Of a stretch of DNA of 61,017 nucleotides, positions 1 to 12,371 are shown piece after piece. Under the pieces are notes generated by a model. It had not been told where the DNA came from, ran no database searches, and saw only the letters and a program-made list of their open reading frames with translations. This DNA is from Octopus bimaculoides (lineage: Eukaryota): contig NC_069000.1 of NCBI RefSeq assembly GCF_001194135.2, positions 24,486,259 to 24,547,275 on the forward strand. Reading direction: 5' to 3'. How positions within the stretch are numbered: position 1 is the first letter of the stretch; the number at the start of each line of letters is the position of its first letter. The position numbers and the translations under genes are program-made.

Positions 1-2
1 TA

Positions 3-2105
3 TCCTCCGTTCCTGTTCTTGCACATCCCGCTCCTGATGCTCCGCTTTCTTTATCTGTGGATGCTTCCGATTCTGCGGTCGGTGCTGTTTTGCAGCACAC
101 TGTAGACAACCAAACAAAACCTTTGGCTTTCTTTTCTTGTAAATTGCAGCCTGCCGAACGCAGGTATAGTACTTTTGATCGTGAGCTATTGGCGATCTAT
201 CTGTCGATTCGGCATTTTCAACACCAGCTCGAGGGACGAGAGTTTGTGATTTATACTGATCACAAGCCCCTCACTTTTGCTCTGTCCTCTAAAACGGACA
301 AGCTCTCTCCTCGTGCTTTTCGTCACCTGGATTACATCTCACAATTTACAGGTGACATTCGTCATGTGCTAGGGAAAGAGAACATTCCAGCTGATGCTCT
401 TTCGCGACTTCCTGTGCATTCTATTTCCACTCCCGCGGAAATTGATTTATTGGCAATTTCGCAGGAGCAACCTTCTTTGTCAAGTTTAGATTTGACTTCG
501 TCAAAATTCAGCAACTGTAAATTTGTTTATCTTCCGCTCCCTTCATCCGAGGGCTCTATATTATGTGACACATCCACAGGTTCTCCTAGGCCTTTAGTAC
601 CTGCGAACCACCAACGTTCTGTGTTTGATGCCCTTCATTCTTTGTCACATCTGGGCATCTCAGCAACAGTAAAGCTTATCACTGCTCGGTTTTTCTGGCC
701 CAATATGCGGCGATCAATTGCCACTTGGGCACGCTCTTGCATGAAGTGCCAGAGTGCGAAGGTCCATAGGCACGTTCGTGCCCCTCTTGGACAATTTCCT
801 TCTCCTGAAGCCTGTTTCCGTCACGTCCATCTTGATTTGGTTGGACCGTTACTAGTGTGTCGCGGGTTCTCATACCTGTTAACTTGTGTTGACCGTTTCT
901 CACATTGGCCAGAAGCCATTCCTATAGCAGATATTACTTCTGAGACTGTTGCCCAGGCTTTCGTTTCTGGGTGGGTTTCTAGGTTCGGAGTNNNNNNNNN
1001 NNNNNNNNNNNNNNNNNNNNNNNNNNNNNNNNNNNNNNNNNNNNNNNNNNNNNNNNNNNNNNNNNNNNNNNNNNNNNNNNNNNNNNNNNNNNNNNNNNNN
1101 NNNNNNNNNNNNNNNNNNNNNNNNNNNNNNNNNNNNNNNNNNNNNNNNNNNNNNNNNNNNNNNNNNNNNNNNNNNNNNNNNNNNNNNNNNNNNNNNNNNN
1201 NNNNNNNNNNNNNNNNNNNNNNNNNNNNNNNNNNNNNNNNNNNNNNNNNNNNNNNNNNNNNNNNNNNNNNNNNNNNNNNNNNNNNNNNNNNNNNNNNNNN
1301 NNNNNNNNNNNNNNNNNNNNNNNNNNNNNNNNNNNNNNNNNNNNNNNNNNNNNNNNNNNNNNNNNNNNNNNNNNNNNNNNNNNNNNNNNNNNNNNNNNNN
1401 NNNNNNNNNNNNNNNNNNNNNNNNNNNNNNNNNNNNNNNNNNNNNNNNNNNNNNNNNNNNNNNNNNNNNNNNNNNNNNNNNNNNNNNNNNNNNNNNNNNN
1501 NNNNNNNNNNNNNNNNNNNNNNNNNNNNNNNNNNNNNNNNNNNNNNNNNNNNNNNNNNNNNNNNNNNNNNNNNNNNNNNNNNNNNNNNNNNNNNNNNNNN
1601 NNNNNNNNNNNNNNNNNNNNNNNNNNNNNNNNNNNNNNNNNNNNNNNNNNNNNNNNNNNNNNNNNNNNNNNNNNNNNNNNNNNNNNNNNNNNNNNNNNNN
1701 NNNNNNNNNNNNNNNNNNNNNNNNNNNNNNNNNNNNNNNNNNNNNGTTTCTCCCTACAAAGGACCCTATCGTGTGCTTTCTCGCACTCCAAAGTTTTTCA
1801 AGGTCGACACTAATGGTCGTACAGAAATTGTGTCTGTCGACCGTCTGAATAAAGCATACCTTGACAAACCTTCAACTCCCGTGGACGACGTGCCCGTGTT
1901 TCAAATGCCGCACACACCACTATCACCACACACATTGTCAATGCCTTTACCAATGCATACACCAACATCAGCACCATCACAATCACACACACCAACAATT
2001 ACACCACCTTCGTCGTTGCAAAGGAACCCTAGCGAACCTTATGTCACTAGGTTTGGCAGGACGGTGCATTGGCCCAAGAAATTGGACAAAACTATTTACG
2101 TTTAA
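3..2105 (+). mobile_element. Ty3/Gypsy LTR retrotransposon pol, 3' part (RNase H, integrase, GPY/F); open at window start, N gap 992-1745
   Basis: RNase H motifs [22 protein letters not shown] and TDHKPL. Integrase H..H/C..C zinc finger and HLDLVGPL...VDRFS core. SPYKGPYRV (GPY/F) and TRFGR.V..PKKL tail. No stop codon in the visible frame. Confidence 0.95.
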
Positions 2106-2246
2106 TTTATTGTGTTTTACTGGACAATTTCAGTTTTGTTTTTTTTCTTTATATATTTGTGCCACATTTTCTGCGTGGTTTCAGTGGCCATCTCAGACGT
2201 CCCTCCAAAATTTTTAATTTCGTGTTCCACACTCAAGGGGGAGCCA

Positions 2247-2615
2247 TGTAGTGACGTCATATGGCGCCAAAAAGGCATAGTTGCCATTACTCCATCTTTA
2301 ACCACGCATGCGTGGATTTCAATGTCCAAGTGTTCCTGCTTAATTCTGTCTCTTTTCCACGCCAGACAGCGAACAAGCTCTCTCATTGAGTGTGGTTGAA
2401 CTAAGTTGTCTCTCCAACGATTCAACTCTAGGGACAGTACATCTACATTCAGACGTCTCAGTAACACAGACTTTCCCACACAGGAGGCTACTCAGAAACC
2501 GGACAATTAGAGGCTGTCCATTTTACCTCTTTAAATAAATATTGTTGTTGTTGATCAGTTTGGAGTTCTGCGTTCCGTTCAATTCCTAATTTAATATAGG
2601 AAAGTCAGGTGTACA
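2247..2615 (+). repeat. 3' LTR of the Gypsy element (right end approximate)
   Basis: Polypurine tract AAGGGGGAG (2235-2243) just before TGTAG at 2247. AATAAA near 2534. Possible TACA end at 2612-2615. The 5' LTR is not in the window, so the end cannot be confirmed. Confidence 0.65.
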
Positions 2616-2639
2616 TCTAATGATGTATAACCCACTTTC

Positions 2640-4380
2640 TTAAACATCCATAGCTTACACTAGGTACATCTCATCGAGTTTCTACCTACAACTTTTCTAC
2701 AGATTGAGCAGGGCCATCTACCTGAAGGGGTTTGTGATTTGTTTGCCTTCCTACATACTAGGACTTTGGTTTTTACAACATTGACTCTAAGGCCCTTCAA
2801 TTCTAAACCTTGCTTCCACATCTGGATGAATAAGAGGGGGCTGAGGGCTGATCCTTGGTGAACCCCTACTTCTACCCAGAATTCTTCACTATACTCATTG
2901 CTGACCTTTACCTTACTGACAGCATCCCTGTACAGCTCTTATTAATCACTCGTCTATCCCCAGTTTCTGCATCACCCACCAGATAAGGGATTGGGGGACC
3001 ATGACAAAGGCTTTCTCCAAGTCAACAAAAGATAAGTACAGAGGTTTATCTTTAGCTAGGTATTTCTTCTGCAGTTGCCATACCAGGAACATAGCATCAG
3101 TGGTGCTTCTACCTGGCACAAAACCGAACTGCATCTCATCTAAGCGAACTCTCTCCATAATTAGTTGGGATATGACCCTCTCCGTGACCTTCATCACCTG
3201 ATCCAGCAGTTTGATACCCCTGTAGTTATTTCTATCTGAAGCATCACCTTTACTTTTGTAGCAGTTGACTATGGTGCTGCTATGCTGGTCATTGGATATG
3301 ACTTCTTTGTGAACTACATGGCCTCAGTCACTTGTCATTGTCTTGGTGAGGCCCAATGTTCGAAGGTCGTGCCTCACCACTTCATCCCAGGTCTTCCTGG
3401 GCCTACCCCTTCCACAGGTTCCCTCAACTGCTAGGGTGTGGCACTTTTTCACACAGCTATCCCCATCCATTCTCGCCACATGACCATACCAGCGCAATCG
3501 TCTCTCTTGCACACCACAACTGATGCTTCTTACGTTCAACTTTTTTCTCAAGGTACTTACACTCTGTCTAGTATGCACACTGACATCCATCGGAGCATAC
3601 TGGCTTCATTCCTTGCGAGCCTACGCATGTCTTCAGCAGTCACGGCCCATGTTTCACTGCCATGAAGCATGGCTGTTCGTACACATGCGTCATACAGTCT
3701 GCCTTTTACTCTGAGAGAGAGACCCTTTGTCACCAGCAGAGGTAAGAGCTCTCTGAACTTTGCCCAGGCTATTCTTATTCTAGCAGCTACACTTTCAGCG
3801 CACCCTCCCCCACTACTAACTTGGTCACCTAGATAGCAGAAGCTATCATCCACTAGTATGACTCCTTCGTGTATCACCTGGTTAACAATACGGGTGACTA
3901 GGTTATAGCCAACACTGCCAGATATTTTGAGCATCTCTGCAGTAATTCCTGATGGGCCGGGGTCCTTTCCTGTCTTCATACTCTTAATTGCTTTATCTAC
4001 CAAGGTACTGTCAACTTGGATAGCTGGTCCCTCTGTTGGATCGACATTCGGCAGACTCTCTTTCTCCTATTCATTCTCTTTATTGAGCAATCTTTCGTAG
4101 TGGCATCTCCAAACCTCTTTCTTTGCAACCTCATTTAGTGCAAGCTTACCATCATCCATGCAGACACATTTCTCTACTACATCACGATTCTCTCTCACAC
4201 ACTGTCTTGCAACACGAAATACCTCAAGTCTTTGGTCCTCATGGCGCAGAACATTGGCAAATTTTTTCTTATCTGCTTCCCCGATGGCTAAATAAACCTG
4301 TTGCTTAGCTTCCCTTCTGGCAGTCTGATACAATTCCCTGCTACCACCATTCTTCCAGTCTTTCCAAGCCTGTTTCTTTT
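2640..4380 (-). mobile_element. RTE-clade LINE, degenerate, internally deleted and with segments out of order
   Basis: QFGFVPGRSTTDAMF...FVDLEKAF, GVHQGS.LSP, FCYLGDQVSSGGG, RWYGHVARM...RGRPRKTW and APGPSG-like motifs spread across several frames. Confidence 0.93.
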
Positions 4381-4381
4381 G

Positions 4382-4415
<34 letters not shown>

Positions 4416-5351
4416 CACACACAATATATTAAAATTCATGTGAAACAGACACTTAAATGATAAGATCATAGAATCACTAAATATGCACTTGCTGTCGGTT
4501 TTTAAGTGTTTGTAAATCTTCCTAATACTGTGGTTTGTGTACTCATCTGAAGAAAACGGTTTTTTATAATGATATAAATTAAAGAATTAGAAAATTTGTT
4601 GGAAACAGCTGTAATGAATTGACCCCTATCTATTTTTTATTTTATATATATATTAATATATGTGTCTGTGTATATCTTTTTGTCTGTTATTTGTATCTGT
4701 CATTGGACTGTGGCCATGCTGGGGCACTGCCTTGAAGGGTTTAGTCAAACAAATTAACCCCAAGACTAATTTTTTTTAAAGCCTGGTATTTTTTCTATTG
4801 AACTGCTAAGTTATGACATGGACTAACCAACACCAGTTACCAGGAAATGGTGGGCTTCTTTTACAGAGATTGGACAAGTAACTACTGATACACCAAAAAC
4901 CTGGATGTTCACAACAAGAATAACTGTGATCATTAGTCAGTTCAATCAGGACAGGGGCAAAACAACAACTACATAGTTACAGAACACAGTAAAAGGTGAT
5001 ATTATAAAGTAAACATTTACTTAACTCTTTAGATGCCAACCTGCCTGAGATTCCCTCTTTTTAAAAAAAAAATTTATTTTGGATATATATAAAACCTCCT
5101 ATTTTAACATGTTCATATTTAAATTTACATGTTCCATTATGATTTTATATAAGATCTGAATATTAAAACATTTTCAAACACTAACTTGATAACAACGAAG
5201 TTAGTTATTTTACTAAAACATTCCAAGTTAGTTGGTAATTTCTTTTTCTTTGCTGTTTTGTTTTGGATTAATTTAAATCAAATATGTAGTCTAATTCAAT
5301 AGTAATATGGTAACAAAGGATTAAAGAGTGACTGAAAGTACAAAGACTTAC

Positions 5352-5432
5352 CATGAATTTCTACTGGGAGAGCCTCTTCTCCAGCCAGAATGGCAGCTAG
5401 TAATGTTGCAGAGTTACAGAATTCCACAGTGA
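5352..5432 (-). CDS. NCKIPSD: NCKIPSD/SPIN90-like exon (V)TVEFCNSATLLAAILAGEEALPVEIH
   Basis: ttttttttacag acceptor and GTAAGT donor. 81 nt, phase 1-1, matching the preceding exon. Resembles human [23 protein letters not shown] (recalled). Confidence 0.85.
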
Positions 5433-5467
5433 CTGTAAAAAAAGGAACCGCTTAAAATACTTAGCAT

Positions 5468-5597
<130 letters not shown>

Positions 5598-5859
5598 GCT
5601 GAGTGAAAGACACAGAAAACTGAGGCAAAGAGAAACGAGAGAAATTGACAGAAAGAAGGAGAAATATATATATCCTCCTTTTTATCCTCATTTAATGTCC
5701 ATGTTCCATGCAGGCATGGGTGTCTATGGCTGGATGCCCTTCTTAATGTCAATCACTTTACAGTGTGTATGGGTTGCCTTTTTTGTGCCACTAGCACTGG
5801 TAAGGTTGCCTGGTAACTTGCAAGACAAGAAAAGAAGAAAAAAAAAGCCTCACTGAGTG

Positions 5860-5894
<35 letters not shown>

Positions 5895-5959
5895 CACACG
5901 TGTGTGTGCATGCGTGTATGTGTATATATACATACAAGAGAGAGAGAGAGAGAGAGATT

Positions 5960-6650
5960 GACAGAAAGAAAGGAGAGTGGGAGGCAGATAAATGGAAGAC
6001 AGAAAAAGTACAAGGAAATTATAGAGGAATCAAACTTGTTATACAATGTTATGAAGGTAACAAAAAAATCAATGATAGAGAAGACCTAAACAAAATGCAG
6101 TTTGGTTTCATGCTCAGAAGAGGTACCATGGAGGCAATCTTTCTAGTGAGGTAAACTGCAGGAGAAATACTTGGCTAAGAGCAAATCACTATTCCTGGCA
6201 TACATTGATTTGAAGAAAGAATTTGACTGGCTACCACATTCCGAAGATATAAGTAGATATGAATTCTATATTGTACCCAATGTAAGGTATGGACACACAA
6301 GAAGTGTAGTGGAATCCCAAGCAGACTGAGAGAAAGTAAGCTTCATTTATGATGTATGCACTGGAGCAAAACCTACTATGAGCACACACAAAGTAGATCC
6401 TCTGAAAGGTCTAGATAGCACACTACAAATAGTCGATAGCTTTTGTTATTGAAATGTAATTATCAGAGGAGGTGGTTGCTCTGAAAGTATAGTAGTCAGT
6501 GTTAAACAGGGTTAGGCAAAAGTGCTGGCAGCAAAGGTCTTTCCCTCAGAGTGAAGGGCAGATCATATGACACTTGTGTTAGAACTTGGTGCTGCATGTT
6601 AGTGAGACACGAATCTTGAATGTCCTTCAAGTGTGCTTGAACAAGAAAGT
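5960..6650 (+). mobile_element. Highly degenerate RTE LINE with multiple deletions
   Basis: NYRGIKL, MQFGFM, YIDLKKEFD and the KGLSLRVKGR-like region, frameshifted. Confidence 0.75.
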
Positions 6651-7052
6651 TAAAATATTAGATTAGATCTTGGAAAAGTTACTTGTTAATAACCAAAGCT
6701 AGAGATAGATCAAATATGTTTTGGAATGATGTAATTTGAGATGTCACTTGATGATTTGATGAGGTCGTTAGAGGAGATGCGGCTTGGTGCAACTTGGTGA
6801 TAACCTGAAAAGAAGTGAGGGATGATTTATAATATACCAGCTTCGTGAGATCTCCATGAGATCTAATAAGTCTTGGAATGAATGGAAAAAGTTGGAGTAG
6901 ACTGTCCAAAACTTGTTATAATGTTATAATGACAGTGATGGTGACAATGATGATGATGATAACAATGACATTAATGATGAACATAATAATGGTGATGAAG
7001 CTGCTAAAGAAGATGACAAGGAACTAAAGAGCAACTAAGAATTAGTCATTAC

Positions 7053-7191
7053 CTGTCTCTGAGCATTTCAGTTCACTGACAAGGGACAGAGGTACAGATG
7101 AGTTTATTAACATGTGACTTATGTGACGGTCACAGTTACACATCAGTTTCATGACATCCTTCACACTTTCTTTGACAGGAGCAGACACTTC
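7053..7191 (-). CDS. NCKIPSD: NCKIPSD/SPIN90-like exon EVSAPVKESVKDVMKLMCNCDRHISHMLINSSVPLSLVSELKCSET
   Basis: tattttcag acceptor and GTAATG donor. 139 nt, phase 0-1. Resembles [42 protein letters not shown] of the SPIN90 armadillo/LRD region (recalled). Confidence 0.87.
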
Positions 7192-7321
7192 CTGAAAATA
7201 CAAACACAAAACATCAAATAATGTATGAGAATTGATTTGATTCTTTTTTTTTCAGATTGATTATTTTGTTTGAAATTTAGAAGTCCTACAAACATGGTCT
7301 GATCTCTTTAAAATTATCCTC

Positions 7322-8065
7322 TAGGGTGATGAAGCGGTATTCCATATTGGTGTGTTTGTGAACCATCACAACTCCCACTACTGGGCAGGAGAAAATCCTC
7401 ATATTACCACTGAAAAAATGCAGAGTCAGCCCAGGGTAACGGTATGGTGTGGAATGACTTTGGACAGAATTGTGGGTCCTTTCATCCTTTACAATAACAG
7501 GAATGCTGAAATCTGGCCAATTATCAGTACTTGGGGAGAATACTGAAGATTTGATTTTTATGCTATTTGATTTTGTTATTATTGTTCATGGATGGCTGAA
7601 TGCCCACATTCCTGGGAGATGGATGGGTCATTGCGGTCCGCATAATTGGCCAGCCAGAAGCCCTGATTTAACACACTGTGACTTTTTTTCTTTGGGGTTG
7701 GTTAACGGGGCAAGTCTACACTACCAAACCAATGACTTTGGAAGAACTTGAAGGGCGAATACGAGAAGTTATGTCTTCCATCCCACAAGAGTTCCTGATG
7801 AAATCAGTTGATGCGGTTCCTGGGCGGCTTGAGAAGCTGGTGGCGAATGTGGGTGCCTATATCAAATTTTAAATAAAACTCCATGCTATACGCTTTCTCC
7901 ACATACTTTTTACTCTTTTACTTGTTTCAGTCAATTGACTGAAGCCATGCTGGAGCACCGCCTTTAGTCGAGCAAATCGATCCCAGGACTTTTTTTCTAA
8001 AAATTATAGTTAATAAATAAAATATAAGCATTCTAAAATAGGGAGTTACTTTTCAATCACCCTGT
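7322..8065 (+). mobile_element. Tc1/mariner-superfamily transposon remnant with right TIR, interrupted by a SINE tail at ~7910-7990
   Basis: GDEAVF, VTVWCGM...IVGPF and WPARSPDLT.CDFFLWG motifs. GGGAGTTACTTTTCAATCACCCTGT (8041-8065) is TIR-like. Confidence 0.85.
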
Positions 8066-8635
8066 TTATAAAAACCAAAGGCTAATTCTTGTGTAAAATT
8101 TTACACCGAAGACAATAGAAGTGGTCTAACTCTAAATCGGAGCTACCGGCCATTTTCCAACATCTTGGTCAAGGCAGATCCGAAATAAATCAACAGTCTA
8201 AGGGAGACAATTAAATGTGGATTATATTTCTTTCATTTGTTTTTCCGAAATAAACGAGCTGTCTAAGGGAGATAATTAAATGTGCATTATTATCTCCTTT
8301 ACATTGGTTTTATATTCATGACATTGTAAAGTTACATATGGATGAAATTGTAGTGATACAGTAGGATCAAGAGGAATCGTGTTTGTGAAATAGAAGAGAT
8401 TCACGAAAACAATTACGCAAGAATGAAAGTATATTGTGAAGTTGCATGAGGATGAAATTATAGTTATTAAGTAGGTCTAAGTTAACTAAATTTAGTACCT
8501 ATTTGGTCAAATTGATAATATTTCAGATTTTTCCTGTCATTTCAATTAATTTGACCATTCCATAGATAACTGTGTATTTATTTCCTGAAAACGGAATGGG
8601 GGTGGGTGAGTCGGTGGTGTGTTGGCTCCTATTTC

Positions 8636-9405
8636 TAGCACTTCGCATACTGGCTTCATTCCTTGCAAGCTTGTGCATGTCCCCAGCAGTCACGGCCCAT
8701 GTTTCACTGCCATGCAGCATGGCTGTACACATGCGTCATACTGTCTACATTTTTATTCTGAGCGATAGGCCCTTTGTCACCAGCAGAGGTAGGAGCTCTC
8801 TGGACTTTGCCCAGGCTATTCTTGTTCTAGCAACTACACTTTCAGAGCATCCACCCCCACTACTGGTCCCTCTGATGAATTGGCATTCAGCAGACTCTCT
8901 TTTTCCCATTTATTCTCTTTATTTGCAGCCTCGTTTAGTGCAAGTGAACCATCATCCATGCAGACACATTTCTCTCCTACGACATCATGATTCTCTCTCA
9001 CACACTGTCTTGCAACACGAAATACCTCAAGTTTTTGGTCCTCACGGTGCAGAACTTTGGTAAATTTTTTCTTATCTGCTTCTCCTCTGGCTAAATAAAC
9101 CTGTCTCCTAGCTTCCCGTCTGACAGTCTGATACAATTCCCTGCTACCACCGTTCTTCCAGTCATTCCAAGCCTATTTCTTTTCCCTAATGGCCCCGTCA
9201 ACAACATTCTTTCACCACCACGTTACCTTGGGTCGAGAGGGGACTTTGCACCATCCACAAATCTGGTCAGTGGCCCTCAGCAGGTTGTCCCGTAGAAACC
9301 TCCAGTTGTCTTCCACATCATGTGATACTATATCCCCCTCTATTTCGTCAAAAGCTTTGAGTAATACGTCTCTAAATCTCTGTCCATTTACAGGAACTTT
9401 AAGCT
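8636..9405 (-). mobile_element. RTE LINE fragment lacking the RT core
   Basis: Same family as 2640-4380. YQTVRREARRQVYLA and the EGP region are joined directly to GGGCSESVVAR...MLHGSETWAVT. Confidence 0.9.
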
Positions 9406-9701
9406 TTCAGACCCTTCTCCAAATAGCAAAATTAGACCCTACTCCGCGAAATAGCAAAATTAGAGAAGAGCATCTTCTGGATTTGTATTCTTTCGGGGGA
9501 GTTATTAAAATGAGGTAGTGGAATCCGAGTGTGTGTGCCAATTTATATAGGGTGGGGTGGTGGAGGAGGGGAAAGTGTTGGAGAAGCAAGTGGTTATCGA
9601 AACACAGAGTGAGACAGAGGGAGAGGGGGCCAGAGTTAGGCTGGTCAAGGATAGAACACGAGAGAAAAAAATATTCTTTTGATATATACACATTATATCT
9701 C

Positions 9702-10088
9702 TTTTACTCTTTTACTTGTTTCAGTCATTTGACTGCGGCCATGCTGGAGCACCACCTTTAGTCGAGCAAATCAACCCTGGGACTTATTCTTTGTAAACCT
9801 AGTACTTATTCTATCGGTTTCTTTTGCCGAACAACTAAGTCACGGGGACATAAACACACCAGCATCGGTTGTCAAGCAATGCTAGGGGGACAAACACAGA
9901 CACACAAACACACACACACATATATATACATATATACGACAAGCTTCTTTCAGTTTCCGTCTACCAAATCCACTCACAAGGCTTTGGTTGGCCCGAGGCT
10001 ATAGTAGAAGACACTTGCCCAAGATGCCACGCAGTGGGACTGAACCCGGAACCATGTGGTTGGTAAGCAAGCTACTTACCACACAGCC
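9702..10088 (-). mobile_element. tRNA-derived SINE family A, near full length (other copies ~4690-4850, 10520-10765, 17065-17150, 19105-19480 (+), 37085-37506, 46095-46350 (+), 49893-50517)
   Basis: On the minus strand: GGCTGTGTGGTAAG A-box region, GGTTCAGTCCC B-box-like, central CCTTGTGAGTGGATTTGGTAGACGGAAACTG domain (MetaSINE-like, recalled) and GACTGAAACAAGTAAAAGAG tail. Many homologous copies in the window. Confidence 0.9.
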
Positions 10089-10189
10089 AATACACACACT
10101 GGCTGGACCTGTGAAAAATTCACGCGAAACAAAAAGTGTAAGCATCTGTAAACAGTGTCCTGGTGCCATGAGAAATGATTGTATATTAT

Positions 10190-10340
10190 GACCGTCTGTC
10201 TTTACATTCTGACTTCAAACTCTGCCGAGGTCAACATTGCCTTTCGTCTTTTCGGGGTCGATAAATTAAGTACCAGTTGTGTACTGGGGTCAATCTAATC
10301 AACTGGCCCCGCTCTCCACAAAAATTTCAGGCATAGAAAA
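10190..10340 (-). mobile_element. SINE family B (other copies ~13583-13695, 16145-16350, 16620-17030 x2, 39525-39725, 41175-41620 x2, 42130-42250, 54660-54830)
   Basis: Shared GAGTTCAAATTCCGC B-box-like sequence and CCTTTC..GGTCGATAAATTAAGTACCAG (Nin/Deu-domain-like, recalled). Confidence 0.85.
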
Positions 10341-10959
10341 GTATATTGTGACAGTTACAGAATATATAAAGTAATGTAACACCAATGACTATATAATCCA
10401 ACCAAAATATCTCAGTTACACAAATGTAAACGAAATTACTATTTAACCTTAAAATGCATCGTACATATTCAAAGAACCTTCTTGGTTTAGTGGTATGGAA
10501 CGTTTTTCTGGTATACTTTTATTCTGTCACTTATTTCAGTCATTTGACAGTGGCCATGCTGGAGCACCACCCTTTCATCGAAGAAATTGACCCCTGAACT
10601 TATTCCCTGTAAGCCTGGTGCTTATTCTATCAGTCTCTTCTGTTGAACAGCTAAATTACAAGGACACAAATGCACCAGCATCGGTTGTCAAGCAAATGGT
10701 GGTAGTGGGACAAACACAGACACACACATACACATACATACAAACATATATATATATATATATATGACAGGCTTGGAGGTAGTGGTGATGCTGGCTGGTG
10801 CAATTTTGTGGTTTGTTGGTATGCCGAGAGAAATCCAGCGAGCCCCTAACTGGCTCCCTGATCTTAAAGGTGTAATGTGGATGTGTAATGATGGAGCACC
10901 TGGTGAGGTGGTGATGCTAGCTGGTGCGGTGGTCTTGCTCACAGAACTTCATGGTAGAC

Positions 10960-11640
10960 AATATATTGTGCGTATGTCACACCATGTTTTTGGCCTCGTC
11001 TCTTATCCCAATTGAGTGTCGTAACTCTTACTTTGATATTGTCCATAGCTTGGGCTCTTGAAAATGCGACTTATAATTGGCCATGAGAAAATACTGGTTG
11101 AGGCAAATGTATTCCAACTTTTTCAAGTGTTTGCCCTTGAGCCTTATCAATTGTCATTGAATATGCAAGTCAAAGTGGAAACTGAAGTCAGTTTAGTGTG
11201 AATGGAATATTTGCATCACTTGGGCTAAGTTTAATTCTGAGAATTAGAACTGTACGACCTCTGTTGGAGCCTGTTACCAATGATGCCTCTACACAATGTT
11301 CATGAAATCTTTGCACTTTCATGTGAGTTCTATTACATAATCCTCGACTAATTGAGAGATTTCTTAGCAGCATTACAATAGCGCCTACTTTTAAGTTGAG
11401 GCGATGAGGAGGTATACTGGATGGAGTGAGTGAGTTTATGAATTCAACTGGATAGTTCTGAACCTCCTCTTCATTATTGCAGGACACTGAATCTGTGCTT
11501 ACGTACGTTTTCAGTGCCTCTGGTATAATATTAAGAACTTTTTTCATTTATTGCAAGACAGACAGAATTTTTAAGAGATAAAATTACTCGTTTTTCCATT
11601 TCTTCTGGCATGCAGTTGTCGAAAATCTCTGGGTACAAAT
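10960..11640 (-). mobile_element. Helitron Rep/helicase (PIF1-like) C-terminal pseudogene fragment
   Basis: YPVEFINSLTPSSIPPHRLNLKVGAIVMLLRNL...GLCN, followed by [15 protein letters not shown]...VFSHGQL.VAFSR. Confidence 0.93.
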
Positions 11641-12371
11641 ATAAAAATTGAAATGCAAAAGAATGAAATAATAAATGGATTTATGAATGTAAGTTTGGTA
11701 ATTGCATTTATTTCCACCACGCAACACTTATTATTGGAAACACGTTTTAACTAACCTAAATTATACACACACAAATACATTCATATACATACATGACTCA
11801 AGTTGTAGCTGTAATTCAAAGGGGCTAGCTTTGTCATATTCTGTGTGAGGCTGAATCTCCCTGAGAACTACGTTAATGTTGTGCATGTCTGTGGAGTACT
11901 CAGCCATTTGTGAGTTAATTTTATCCTCGTGTGATAATGAAAAGAGAAATTGACAGCCAATATTTGCTGTGCCTATGTATCTATATATGAACTTTCCTTT
12001 GGATTTATATATCTACTGTTTCTCTCATTTTTTTGCTTTGTGTCCCTCTTCTCTCCCACTTTTGATTTAACAATGTATCTATGTATCTACTTCTCTTGTG
12101 ATTTGATAAACATTTGAAAACACAAAATGAACGCCGTCACCATTCACTGTCTCTTTCGCACTCTCTCTTTCTCTCTCACCTTTTCTCTCTCTCCCTCACT
12201 TTCTCTCTTACGTCCTCTCTGAAACATTTAAAAACACAAAACAAACGCCGTCTCTTTCATTCTCTCTTACTTCCTGTCCTCCTCTCTCTCGTTTTGCCAA
12301 TTCTTTCAAGTAAGTGTGACGCACACAACAGGTACGTACAAAAACAAAAAGTTAGCATATTAATATTATTG

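Noticed and set aside
10764-11015. 83-aa hydrophobic ORF with an internal repeat VVMLAGA
   Set aside because: It comes from a duplicated GGTGATGCT.GCTGGTGC unit in the Helitron 3' region. No coding evidence.
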